A stretch of 64,000 nt of DNA from positions 448,001-512,000 of the forward strand of contig OZ245366.1 in assembly GCA_965226585.1 (NCBI GenBank). The letters run 5' to 3'. The notes below the pieces were generated by a model, which searched no databases, was not told the origin of the DNA, and saw only the letters and a program-made list of their open reading frames with translations. The stretch's first letter is position 1. Each line of letters opens with the position of its first letter. Positions 1-11,000 of this stretch are shown here, one piece after another. The DNA comes from Thermodesulfobacteriota bacterium (GTDB lineage Bacteria; Desulfobacterota_D; UBA1144; Nemesobacterales; Mycalebacteriaceae). The position numbers were made by a program, and so were the translations under genes.

Positions 1-1498
1 TGAGCGCGACCGGTCCGCCTACTGCCGCTTCGGGCGTTACATGACCAACCACAAACCCATGACTGCCGCCTGAAAACCTGCCGTCCGTTATCAGCGCGAC
101 ATCATCTCCAAGCCCCCTGCCAACAACCGCCGCAGTGGGTCCAAGCATCTCCCTCATCCCGGGACCGCCGCGCGGACCCTCATACCGAACAACAATCACA
201 TTGCCCTTCTTTATCTTCCCGGCAAGTATCGCCTTCATGCTCTTCTCCTCTGAATCAAAAACCACCGCCTCGCCGCTGAACAGACTTCCCTCCTTGCCCG
301 TTATCTTGGCAACCGCGCCTTCAGGGGCGAGATTTCCGCGCAAAATAACAAGATGGCCGTCTTTTTTGAGCGGCTTGCTCAGAGAGGAAACTATCTTCTG
401 ACTTGAAGGATACTTTTTTACACCGCGAAGATTTTGGCGGACGGTCTTTCCCGTAACCGTCAGGCAGTCGCCGTGCAAAAGCCCCTTGTCAAGCATCATC
501 TTCATAAGGGGAACAAGCCCCCCGATACGGCAAAAATCCGCCATCATATAACTTCCGCTCGGTTTCAAATCAGCAAGAACCGGAGTGCGCTTTCCTATCC
601 TCGTGAAGTCATCTATTGTCAACTTTACATTTGCGGCTTTTGCCATCGCTATAAGGTGAAGCACACTGTTGGTTGACCCCCCAAGCGCGGTTACAACGGC
701 TATGGCATTCTCAAACGCCTTTTTTGTCATTATGTCGCGGGGCATTATGCCCTTTTTCATCATGGCAACCACCGCCTTTCCGGCTTGCGAACAGTCGGTT
801 TTCTTCTCACGCGATATTGCCGCCTGAGCCGAACTGTTGGGCATACTCATTCCCATCGCCTCAATCGCAGACGCCATTGTGTTTGCCGTGTACATACCGC
901 CGCACGAACCGGGACCCGGTATCGCCGAAGACTCTATTTTTTTCAACTCCCGCGCACCGATTTCGCCGCTTGCGTGCGCACCCACCGCTTCAAACACAGA
1001 CACGATGTCCACATCCTTTCCGTCATGACAGCCGGGCATTATGGTTCCGCCGTAGACAAAAACCGCAGGGCGGTTCAACCTCGCTATCGCCATCATACAG
1101 CCGGGCATGTTTTTGTCGCACCCGCCAATCGCCACAAGCCCGTCAAAACCCTCGGCGGCGGCAACCGTTTCTATTGAATCGGCGATAATCTCACGCGAAA
1201 CAAGCGAATACCTCATTCCCGGCGTTCCCATTGATATGCCGTCCGACACGGTGATTGTGTTGAAAATTACCGCCTTGCCGCCGCTTCTGTTCGCCCCCGC
1301 CGCAGAGTGAACGGCGAGTTTGTCAATGTGCATATTGCAGGGCGTTACCATGCTCCAGGTTGACGCGATTCCAACCACGGGTCTTGAGAAATCGCCGTCC
1401 TTGAAACCCACCGCCCTCAACATGGCGCGGCTCGGAGCGCGGTCCGCCCCTTCCACATAGATTTGCGAAAACTGTCTGGGATTTTTCTTTTCCGCCAT
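1..1498 (-). CDS. ilvD: Dihydroxy-acid dehydratase (3' end runs off the window)
   Basis: Absent from the ORF track. Manual translation from ATG 1498 gives [59 protein letters not shown], plus [10 protein letters not shown] and [12 protein letters not shown] motifs; GGGGAG RBS upstream. Confidence 0.95.
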   Translation of the reverse strand, partial: MAEKKNPRQFSQIYVEGADRAPSRAMLRAVGFKDGDFSRPVVGIASTWSMVTPCNMHIDKLAVHSAAGANRSGGKAVIFNTITVSDGISMGTPGMRYSLVSREIIADSIETVAAAEGFDGLVAIGGCDKNMPGCMMAIARLNRPAVFVYGGTIMPGCHDGKDVDIVSVFEAVGAHASGEIGARELKKIESSAIPGPGSCGGMYTANTMASAIEAMGMSMPNSSAQAAISREKKTDCSQAGKAVVAMMKKGIMPRDIMTKKAFENAIAVVTALGGSTNSVLHLIAMAKAANVKLTIDDFTRIGKRTPVLADLKPSGSYMMADFCRIGGLVPLMKMMLDKGLLHGDCLTVTGKTVRQNLRGVKKYPSSQKIVSSLSKPLKKDGHLVILRGNLAPEGAVAKITGKEGSLFSGEAVVFDSEEKSMKAILAGKIKKGNVIVVRYEGPRGGPGMREMLGPTAAVVGRGLGDDVALITDGRFSGGSHGFVVGHVTPEAAVGGPVAL

Positions 1499-1585
1499 TT
1501 TTTTCACTCCCCCTGAAAATACGGATTTTTAAGCATATACGGATATGCGGACGGAAAAAACTCTCTCAAGCCGCGGGCGGTTTTG

Positions 1586-2083
1586 TCATTCGCACTTCTC
1601 TGTGGCGCCGGAGGCTACCGTTATGCGAGAGAAATTTGAAATTGTTATTTTTTTCCGCTTTACGCCCCGCGCGCCTTCAACGCAGAACGATTTGTTTGTT
1701 GAGGTTCCCCTCGCGTGAAAAATTATCTTTTTTATCTCCGTTTTGCCGTTTTTCTGGAAAACCCTGTAGGGGATTTCCGTTTCAATAACCCCGCGTGTGT
1801 CCGCGCAGTTTCCACCGGAGTTTTTTATCGTCAGAAAACGCCACAAGTTTCCCCGGTTCGCCTCTCCCAGAGGAACACAAATGGCGTGGCTTTCTCCCTT
1901 TGTCGCGGCAAGCATCTTTGTCTGCCTTATCTGAAACGCCACTCTTTGCGCCGCGCTTTCAAACCGCCGGTTTTTTTCGTATTGAACAAGAAACGGCGCG
2001 GAAACCGCCACCGCCGCCGCTCCAAGAGCGAGCGCGAGAATCAACTCAAAAAGCGAAAAGCCGCCCGTTTTTTTATTTGACAT
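1586..2083 (-). CDS. GspH/FimT-like minor (pseudo)pilin
   Basis: Class III signal KKTGG|FSLFEL followed by a hydrophobic helix; C-terminal IIFHARG..FC motif typical of FimT/GspH. Confidence 0.75.
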   Translation of the reverse strand: MSNKKTGGFSLFELILALALGAAAVAVSAPFLVQYEKNRRFESAAQRVAFQIRQTKMLAATKGESHAICVPLGEANRGNLWRFLTIKNSGGNCADTRGVIETEIPYRVFQKNGKTEIKKIIFHARGTSTNKSFCVEGARGVKRKKITISNFSRITVASGATEKCE

Positions 2084-2486
2084 CCTCAACCCCCCGCCGC
2101 CATAAATCCAGTGTAATCGCTCCGCCCTTGAAAGAATATTCCGCGTCTATTTCCGCTGAAAAAGTTCCCGCCTCTCCCCTCACGGACAGGGAAAATCCGT
2201 CCGGCGGTATGAAAACCGCGTTTGTTACCCCGGTTACAGAATTTTCAGTATCCTGAACGCACCCGCTCAAAGTCTCTCCCTTCAGGCACAATTCCATATT
2301 CATCTCCGCCTCCGCCAGAACCCTTTCTGCGTCTCTGAGAGATTTCGCGCTTTCCGCCCTGTTAAGCGATATTTTCAAATCCGAGACCGAAACAAAAAAC
2401 GCGGCGGCGGCAACGGACGATATTATCGCCGTTACAAGAAGCGCCATTAAAATCGCGAAACCGCCTTCGTTTTTACGTCCGCTCAT
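2073..2486 (-). CDS. PilX-like minor pilin
   Basis: NEGG|FAILMALL signal lacking Glu5, as in PilX/GspK; position in the pilin cluster. Confidence 0.65.
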   Translation of the reverse strand: MSGRKNEGGFAILMALLVTAIISSVAAAAFFVSVSDLKISLNRAESAKSLRDAERVLAEAEMNMELCLKGETLSGCVQDTENSVTGVTNAVFIPPDGFSLSVRGEAGTFSAEIDAEYSFKGGAITLDLWRRGVEDVK

Positions 2487-2487
2487 T

Positions 2488-3120
2488 CTAAATGTTTCTC
2501 GGATTTACCGTTACGGAATAGGTTTTTGTCTTATCCGCCGCGCCCGGTTTGCCGCTCCGGTATTTAAACGTGAGGGCTATCCTTACCGCCTCAACCGCAT
2601 CCGCCCCGGAAGTGTTGTGAGTGAAAACATTTGAGCCGGAGGTGAGAAAAGATATTTGAAAATCCTCAACCTCCGCGTTTCCGCTGTCAGGCGTGAGAGA
2701 CTGGTTTCGTGAACTGTTGCTGTTGCGGAGTTTCAAAATGCCCCCGTCAACGAAGAAACTTTTTCTTATGGCGGTTTTTCCGTCGTAGGAAACGCTTTCA
2801 AAAGTTATACAGTCTGTCCCGCCCGTTTTTGCGGTTGCGGGGTCGCATTTTCCGTCCGCGCCGGTTTTTGTTCCGCCGTCCACAAAATAAAACGTCCCGG
2901 AACCCGCGCCGTAGCCGCCTGAGTTTTTCATCTCAAGCGAAACCGTTTCAAGAATTGAATAGGCGGCATGATCCACCGCGCTTGCCGTTTCCCTCACAAC
3001 TCCGCTTTGCGACAAGTGCCGGACGGCAAAAAGCCCCGCCGCCGTCAGAACCGCGAGAAGAGAGGCGGCAAAAAGAAACTCCAGCACCGTGAAGCCGCGC
3101 GCTTTATTTTTGCGGAACAT
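2488..3120 (-). CDS. PilW-like minor pilin
   Basis: KARG|FTVLEFL prepilin motif; C-terminal VEAVRIALT...TVNPRN typical of PilW; start moved to ATG 3120. Confidence 0.7.
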   Translation of the reverse strand: MFRKNKARGFTVLEFLFAASLLAVLTAAGLFAVRHLSQSGVVRETASAVDHAAYSILETVSLEMKNSGGYGAGSGTFYFVDGGTKTGADGKCDPATAKTGGTDCITFESVSYDGKTAIRKSFFVDGGILKLRNSNSSRNQSLTPDSGNAEVEDFQISFLTSGSNVFTHNTSGADAVEAVRIALTFKYRSGKPGAADKTKTYSVTVNPRNI

Positions 3121-3523
3121 GGATGAACTGCTCGCCTTTGAAAGAATGTTTTCCGACACAAGCGACATATTTTATTTTTACCACCCCGCGCAAACTTTCG
3201 GGAGCGCGGCAGATTTTGCCGGATTTTAAGTTCAGACAGTCCGCCCCCGATGTGTTTTTGCAGGAAACGGGAGATGACTGAACATGGCTGAACAACCCCT
3301 GCACAGGCTCTTTCGCGCCGGATTTTATCAGTGTTTTCAAACGCCCCCGGTCTTTTTCCATTAAAGATTCAATCTCGCTTTCCGCAAAAGACGACACTTC
3401 CGCCCGCGCCCGGTTTTTAAGCGTGAGAGAATGAATTTCCAGAGCCGCCGCCACCGCCGCCGCGACTATAAGCATTGCGAACAGGGCTTCGGGAAGGGTG
3501 AACCCTTTGTCGTTAATTTCCAT
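3104..3523 (-). CDS. PilV-like minor pilin
   Basis: DKG|FTLPEALFAMLIV prepilin motif; overlaps the metG stop. Confidence 0.7.
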   Translation of the reverse strand: MEINDKGFTLPEALFAMLIVAAAVAAALEIHSLTLKNRARAEVSSFAESEIESLMEKDRGRLKTLIKSGAKEPVQGLFSHVQSSPVSCKNTSGADCLNLKSGKICRAPESLRGVVKIKYVACVGKHSFKGEQFIHVPQK

Positions 3524-5054
3524 CCTCTATTCTGTTGAAAAGGTTTTCGCCTTTTTTTACCCGCGTTCCGCCTTCTGTTACTCCCCAGCCGGTTGAAACA
3601 AGGCGGGCGTCTGCCCGCGCCGGGCTGTGTTCAAAGCCCAGTTTTTCCCACAGACGCGCCCCCGCCTCCGGCATGAACGGGAAAACATGGACGGCGACTA
3701 TTCTCAAAGTTTCGCACAAAGTCCACATCACGGCGGAGAGTTTTTCCTTTTCCCCTTTTTTGTGAAGTTCCCACGGTTTTGTCTCCTCAACAAATCTGTC
3801 CGCCGCCGCAATCAACTCCCACAAAAGCGACAACGCTCTGGAGGGAGCCACATCATCCATCGCGGCGGGAATTCCGGTTTCGCAAGTTTCTGCGGCTTTT
3901 TTCACGCCGGAGTTTCCGCATTCCGCCTCGCCCCCCGGCGGCACAACGCCGTCAAAATATCTCTCCACCATTCCGAGGGCGCGGCTTGTGAGATTGCCCA
4001 GACCGTTTGCCAGATCCGAGTTTATGCGCGAGATAAGAGCCCTGCGGGAAAAATCGCCGTCATTTCCAAACGGTATTTCCCTCAACAGAAAATATCTGAA
4101 AGCGTCAACACCGAACTCTCCCGCCACTTCAACCGGGTCAACCGTGTTGCCAAGCGATTTAGACATTTTTTCGCCCTCAACCGTCCACCATCCGTGAGCG
4201 AATATCCTCTGCGGCGGCTCAAGCCCGGCCGCCATCAGAAAAGCGGGCCAGTACACGGCGTGAAAGCGGAGTATGTCTTTGCCGACCAGATGCAGATTTG
4301 CGGGCCAAGTGTTTGCGAACCGCTCTCCGTCCGATTCAAAACCGGCGGCGGTAAGGTAGTTTGAAAGCGCGTCAAACCAGACGTACATAACGTGCCCCGG
4401 ATTTTCGGGAACCTCCACGCCCCACGAAAAAGTTGTGCGGCTTATGCTCAAATCTCTCAAGCCCGATTCCACAAAACTGCGGACTTCGTTCATCCTCTCT
4501 TTCGGCATCACAAAGCCGGGATTTTTCTCATAATGCTCAAGCAGGCGGTCTTGATACTCAGACAGTTTGAAGAAGAAACACGGCTCCTTGATTTTTTCAA
4601 TCTCCGGGCGTTTTTCTTCGGGAAGTTTGTTTATCTCGTCTATCTGCGTTTCCGTTATAAAACTCTCCTCGCGCACGTCATACCAGCCCTCGTATTCGCC
4701 GGGGTAGATGTCTCCGTTTTCAAGAGCCGCCCGGAAAACCTTGCGGGCGCACCTGCCGTGCCTCTGCTCGGTTGTCCTTATGAAATCGTCATTTTCTATG
4801 TTAAGCAGAGTCCACAGAGACTTGAATCTCTCCACAACCCTGTCGGCGAGTTGCTGAGGGGTTTCGCCGTTTTTTGCCGCCGTCTGCTCAATCTTTCTTC
4901 CGTACTCGTCCGTGCCGGTCAGAAAAAAAACCTCTCCGCCGCGCAAACGCCGGAACCGCGCCAGAGCGTCCGCCGCTATTGTCGTGTAGGCGTGCCCGAT
5001 GTGGGGCGAGTCGTTCACGTAGTAGATGGGAGTGGTGATGTAGTATTTTTTCAT
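3513..5054 (-). CDS. metG: Methionyl-tRNA synthetase (short form)
   Basis: YYITTPIYYVN, HIGH, YVWFDAL, GKDILRFH and KMSKS motifs. Confidence 0.97.
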   Translation of the reverse strand: MKKYYITTPIYYVNDSPHIGHAYTTIAADALARFRRLRGGEVFFLTGTDEYGRKIEQTAAKNGETPQQLADRVVERFKSLWTLLNIENDDFIRTTEQRHGRCARKVFRAALENGDIYPGEYEGWYDVREESFITETQIDEINKLPEEKRPEIEKIKEPCFFFKLSEYQDRLLEHYEKNPGFVMPKERMNEVRSFVESGLRDLSISRTTFSWGVEVPENPGHVMYVWFDALSNYLTAAGFESDGERFANTWPANLHLVGKDILRFHAVYWPAFLMAAGLEPPQRIFAHGWWTVEGEKMSKSLGNTVDPVEVAGEFGVDAFRYFLLREIPFGNDGDFSRRALISRINSDLANGLGNLTSRALGMVERYFDGVVPPGGEAECGNSGVKKAAETCETGIPAAMDDVAPSRALSLLWELIAAADRFVEETKPWELHKKGEKEKLSAVMWTLCETLRIVAVHVFPFMPEAGARLWEKLGFEHSPARADARLVSTGWGVTEGGTRVKKGENLFNRIEDGN

Positions 5055-5060
5055 CTGGCG

Positions 5061-8000
5061 TCAGAAACGGATATGGAACTGAGCGGCTCCCGAGTAGGTG
5101 CGCATTCCCTCGCGGAAATCCACCCGGTATCCGAGTTTAAGGGCGAGATTTCTGTTGTCAGACATTATCATTTTGCCGCCGGCGAAGTAGCGCAAATCGC
5201 CCGAAGTATCTGTGCGGTGTATCGTGTGGGACGAACCGGCAACAGACGCTTCCACGTTACTGCCCTCTCCGGAGAAATCGTAAGTCAGCCCCGCCTCTAT
5301 CTCCGGCTGAACTACTGTTCTTATCCCCGTTTTCAGGGGGTTGAAGGCGATGTTTATTTTTGTTCCCGCTTCGCTGAAAGTCAGGTCGCTGTCTTCAAGA
5401 GTGAGACCCAGCCCGCCCGCTTCCGTGTAGGAATCGGTTGAAACATTCAGGAACGACAATGAGAATCCGGGTCTTATTCTCACGGGCAGATTTTTTAGAA
5501 TTTCAAGCCCCCCGGACAGCTTTCCGCCGTAAGACAGCAGACCGGTTTTTCCCGTTATTCCGCCGAACATTTGCGAATCTATAAGTAAATAGGTTCTTGA
5601 CGATTTGTAGTCAAAAATTCCCGCCGAAAGTATCGCCGACCCCGAAAGTCTTCCCAGCGAGTAGGTTGAGTAGAGCGCGCCCTGAAAACCTTCCGCCTCC
5701 TCCGTAACGCGCTCCCTGATTGTTTCCGCGAACACCGCGCTTGCCGCCGCCCCCACGCCTATGCTTTCGGTGAGGGCTCTGTGAACGCCCACCATAAACC
5801 CGCGAGAGCCCAGTTCGTAAAGGTCTCCGGAGCCGGTTTTCTCAAAGCCGCCCGCAAACACCCTGTATGTTGGCGGCGTTTCGGGTTTCTGCCATGGCAG
5901 AAGAGTAACGGCTTCCACAATTCTCTCCTCAATGGAGTCAAAAAATGTTCTCTGCAAGTCCGCGATTTCATAGGAAATTCCGCCGTGCTCGCTCGGAAGC
6001 AGAGTCCCGACATCCCTGTCGTTGTTCTCGCCCGTTGAAAGCTCGCCGCTGTCTTCATCTTCAACTATGTTTATCGGTTCAAGCACTCTGAGGGCGTTCA
6101 CAATCCCCGACACCTGCTCGTCAATATTCCCGCCGCTGAGAGACCTGTAGACCGCCGTAACAAGGTCGCGCGTGTTCTCCGATTCAAGAGCCGCATTTAT
6201 CTCCTCCCGCACTCCGGACTCTTCCTCAAACGCGAGGCATATCTCTCCGTCCGCGCAGTCTGAGACTTTGTGGGAGATGTCTGTGAACAGCCCGGGGTCT
6301 GTGAAAGACGTATTGCTCAGACTTGCAGTGTTTCCGTTGAAAACAACAATCTTTTTATCTTCGGTTTTTGAAAATGTTACCACGTCAAAATCGCTTGCCG
6401 CTATGTAGCCGTTTGTGTAGCCGTTTGTCGTGGAGATACTTCCCGCCGTCAGGAAACCGGAGTTTGCCGTAAAGACCGGAACCGACTCGTCTTCAGGGGT
6501 AACCATCTCCACCCTGAACACAAGCGTTCCCTCGTCAGCCACCGTAACACTGCCGTTTGCGCCGAGGTCTGCGTTGTGCTCAATGGTCAGCGCGCCCGCG
6601 CCGTTTTTCGCGAGAGATTCAAAGTTTCTGTAATGTTCTTCGGCTCCCACGTCATCGCCGCTTAAAACCCGTTCCGTGTTCGCGGGCGTGTAGGCGATGA
6701 GGGTGTCGATTTCTTCCAGCCCGTCTATGTAGTCAACCCTTTCGTCGTTGTCTGAAAGCACCCAGCCGTCGCCGCCGACTGCGTTTGAGAGCACGGCGCG
6801 CGAGAAGTTTCTGTATTTAATAAGCACCGCGCCGTCATGGTTTCCGCTTCCGAAATTAGCGGTGTCGTTTCCGCCCAGAGCGTCTATGCTGGTCAACTCC
6901 ACATCCCCTTCCGTAACGTCCCATGAGTCATCGCCGTCTGAAAGGGTCGCCACTTCAAAGTGTCTGTAAAGCTTGTTCGCCCCTATGTTCTCGGAACTGT
7001 GCATTCCCTCTCCGAGCGCGATAGTGTCGCGTCCGCCCCTTCCGCTTATCCAGTCCCAGTCGTTGTCCATCGGGAAGTCTGCGGTGGCGTTGAAAACCCA
7101 TGTGTCGCTGTTATCGGTAAGACCTATCGCCGCCCGCTCAAAACCGATGTAGTTCGCATAAGAGGCGTTGGGGCTTCCGCCCGTGAATTCCGTAACGCTG
7201 AAATCAGAGTCCGAGGCGTTGAAAAAGGAATCTCCGTTTTCGTCAGTCGCTCTGTCTTCCAGCACATCCATGTCTCCCCCCATGGCGTCAATCCTGACAA
7301 GGTTTCCGTCTCCGGCGGCAACAGACCACGAGTCGTCTTCGTCTGAAAGCGTTGCCACCTCAAAGTTTCTGTAAAGTTTGTCCTCGCCGATGTCGCTTCC
7401 GCCGTGATTTCCCTGCCCGAACGCGATGGTGTCTTCCTCTCCGTCACCCGCCTCTATGGTGAGCAGCCCGCCTTCGCCCTCGGTAAATTCCCATGTGTCA
7501 TTGTTTTCCGTGAGCGTTGCCACCTCAAAGTTTATGTAGAGTTTCTCCCTTCCAACATTCGCCGCGCTGTAATTTCCCTCTCCGCTGAAATTCAGAGAGT
7601 CCACGCCGCCGCGCCCGTTTATGCTTGTAACATCGCCGTCATTTTTTCCTATCGCCCATGAGTCATTAGCCGTTGACAGCACAACCACTTCAAAGTTTCT
7701 GTAAAGCCCGTCCGAGCCGATTTGCGCCGCGCTGTGGTTTCCGCCCACCGCCTGTCCGCCTTCGTCTCTGATGTCAAACGCGAGCGTGTCCATCCCGTCC
7801 AGAGCGTCTATGCTTGTGAGGTCTGAATCGTTCGCGCCCAGCAGCCACCTGTCGTCACTTACCGAGAGTGTGGCGCGCTCAAAGTTCAGATATCCCGAAA
7901 GGGCGTTGCCGTCTTGCTCTCCCTCTCCGAATTTAAGAGTGTCGTTTCCACCCAGCCCGTCTATAAAAAGGTTGCTGTCTCCGCCCGTAACGCGCCATTC

Positions 8001-11000
8001 TGTGTCCGCGTTAGACAGCTGGACAACCTCAAAATCCCTGTAAAACTCGCGCTCCCCGATGTCCGAAGAGTCCGCCGCCTGATTTACGGGCAGTATGTCC
8101 GCTATCACAATCGTGTCTATTCCGTTTCTTCCGCTTACCCACTGCAAGTCTCCTTCTTCATCCGCCGCAGAAGCGACCCATGTGTCGTTCGCGCCCGTAA
8201 GCCCCGCGGCTACCTGCTCGAAATTCAGGTACTTGTCGAACTCCGCCCCGGACAGGGTTGCGTTGGAAAGAGCGGAGTCGTTTATGCTGAAAACCCCGTC
8301 TCCGTCCGTATCTGTTTCCACGGCGATTTCCAGAGTGTCGCTTCCTCCGAGCCCGTCAATGCTTGTGAGCGCGGAGTCGTCTTCGGTAACGCCCCATGAG
8401 CCGTTCAGACTTGAAAGGGTTACAAGTTCAAAGTTTCTGTAAACCTCGTCCGCCCCGATTCGCGCCGCGCTGTGGTGTCCGTCTCCCAGCGACGCCGTGT
8501 CCACGCCGCCCAGAGCGTCCACTATTTCCAGATCTCTGTCGTTGTCCGAAAGAGTCCAGATATTGTCGCTGTCCGAAAGATTCACATTTTCAAAATTTCT
8601 GTACCGCTCCCTTACGTTGATGTCCGCCGCGCTGTGATTGCCGTCTCCGAGCACAAGGGTGTCTATGCCTCCAAGGGCTTCAATGCCGTCAAGCGTGAGG
8701 TCGTTGTCGGAGGCAATCCACGAGTTGTTTGAGTCCGTAAGCGACGCCACTTCAAAGTTTCTGTATTTCGCGTCCGCCCCGAATTCAGAGGAATTCGTCA
8801 CATTTTCTCCCACAAAAACGCCGTCTATTCCGTCCAGCCCGTCTATGTATTCAAAAATTTCATCGCCTTCGGGAACCCATCTGTTGTTTTCGTCTGAGAG
8901 TTCCACGCGCTCAAACCCTCTGTAAAGTTTGTTACCCCCGATGTCCGCCGCGCTGTGGTCTCCGTCTCCGAGTCTCACCGTGTCCGCCCCGCCCATCGCG
9001 TTTATGTAGTCAAGGTCCGTGTCATTTGAGCCGGATATCCATCTGTCATCCTCATCCGAAAGGGTTGCCACATTAAAGTTCAGGTATCCCGCAAGGACGG
9101 AGCCGCTGTGCTCTCCGTTTCCGAAGGCAAGCGTGTCGTTGCCGCCCGTGCCGTTTATCAGTATGTTCGCGTCTCCGCCGGTAACAGTCCACACGTCAAC
9201 GCCGGCAGACAGGTTTGCGGTTTCAAAGTTTCTGTAAAGCCCGTTTTGCCCGATTTGCGAGGAGTTGGTGAATATGTTTCCCACGTCAAGCGTGTCATCG
9301 CCGCCGCTTGCGTTTATCCACACCCAGTCTCTCGCGCCCGTGTCGTCTGCGGTAACCGTCCACACGTCATTGCCGCCCGAAAGAGTTGTGGCAACCTGTT
9401 CAAACGCCACATAGTTCGTAAAGTCGCCGCTTCCTATGTCTGAAAAGTTGAGTTCCGAATCGGCGGCGTTGAAAAACCCGTCTGCCTGCGTATCAACAAG
9501 CGGATTTTCCAGAGTGTCTTCATCGCCGTCTGAAGCGTTTATGGATGACAGGTTCGCGTCTTCGTTCCCGATTGTCCATATATCGTTTCCTGATGAGAGA
9601 AAGGCGGTCTCAAAGTTTCTGTAAACCGCCTCATCGCCGAAGTTCACCGCGCTCTGTTCCCCGCCGCCCAGTATAACGGTGTCGGTTCCATTGAGAGCGT
9701 CTATGAAAAGGAGTTCCGTGTCGTTGTCGTCCGCCGTCCACACATTGTCATTTTCCGAAAGTTCCGCGCGCTCAAAGTTTCTGTACACGCCTGTCAGGTC
9801 GTTCCCGCTGTGGTTTCCGTCTCCGAAGGTTATGCTGTCTTCCCCGTCAAGGGCGTCTATGTACTGGAGGTTGCCGTCTCCCTCCGTAACTATCCACGAA
9901 TCGTTTCCGAACGAAAGCGCGACCGCTTCAAAGTTTCTGTAAAGTTTGTCTTCTCCTATGGTCGCCGCGCTCCGGTTTCCCTCCGTGAGTTGCACGATAT
10001 CGCCGCCGCCGAGAGCGTCTATGTATTCAAGGTCGCCGTCATTTTCGCCCGCCACCCAGAGGTTGCTTTCGTTTGAAAGGATGCCGTATTCAAAGTTCAC
10101 ATAGCCCGCAAGTGTGTTTCCGTGATGAGTGCCGTCTCCGAAGAAAATGGTGTCGTCTCCGCCCATGGCGTTAACCGTTATGCCGGAGTCTCCGCCGGTA
10201 ACCGTCCAGAGGTTGTTGTTTTCAGACAGTTCCGCCAGTTCAAAGTTTCTGTAAAATTCGCCCGCCCCGACTTCAGCCGCGCTGTGGTTTCCGTCTCCGT
10301 AGACAAGGGTGTCCGTTCCCTCTCTTCCGCTCACCCATTGCCAGTCTTTAGACCCGTCTGTGTCGTTTGCGGAAACTGTCCACGATTCGTTTCCACCCGT
10401 CAGACCGAGCGCCACGCCCTCAAAACCGAAGTAGTTCTCAAAGCCGCTTTCTCTAAGGTCTGAAACCGCGAACTCCGAGTCCGCCCCGTTGAAAACGCCG
10501 TCTCCCTGCGAGTCCGCGACCGAATTTTCCAGAACGTCAAAACCTTCAAGGGCGTCTATGCGCTCAAAACTCATGTCGCTGTCCGTAACCGCCCACGAGT
10601 CTGAGCCATCTGAAAGCACGGCGCGCTCAAAGTTTCTGTATACACTGCCGTTGTGATGCCCCGTGCCGAACACAACCACATCGTTTCCGCCGAGCGCGTC
10701 TATGAACTCAAGGTCTGTGTCGTTTGCGGCAACCGCCCACCGGTCATCGCTCATGTTGCCAAGGGTTGCCGATTCAAAGTTCAGGTATCCCGCAAGCAGT
10801 CTGCCGTCATGGTTTCCCTCACCGAAAGCGAGCGTGTCTGTGCCGTTCATGCCGTCTATCACGATGTTCACATCTGAGGCTTCAACCGTCCATTCGGTGT
10901 CGCCGTCTGAAAGAGTCGCCACCTCAAAATTTCTGTAAAAACCGTCTCCGCCGATTCCGGAAGAGTTTGTTTTAAGGTCGCCAAGCGCGAGCGTGTCCAC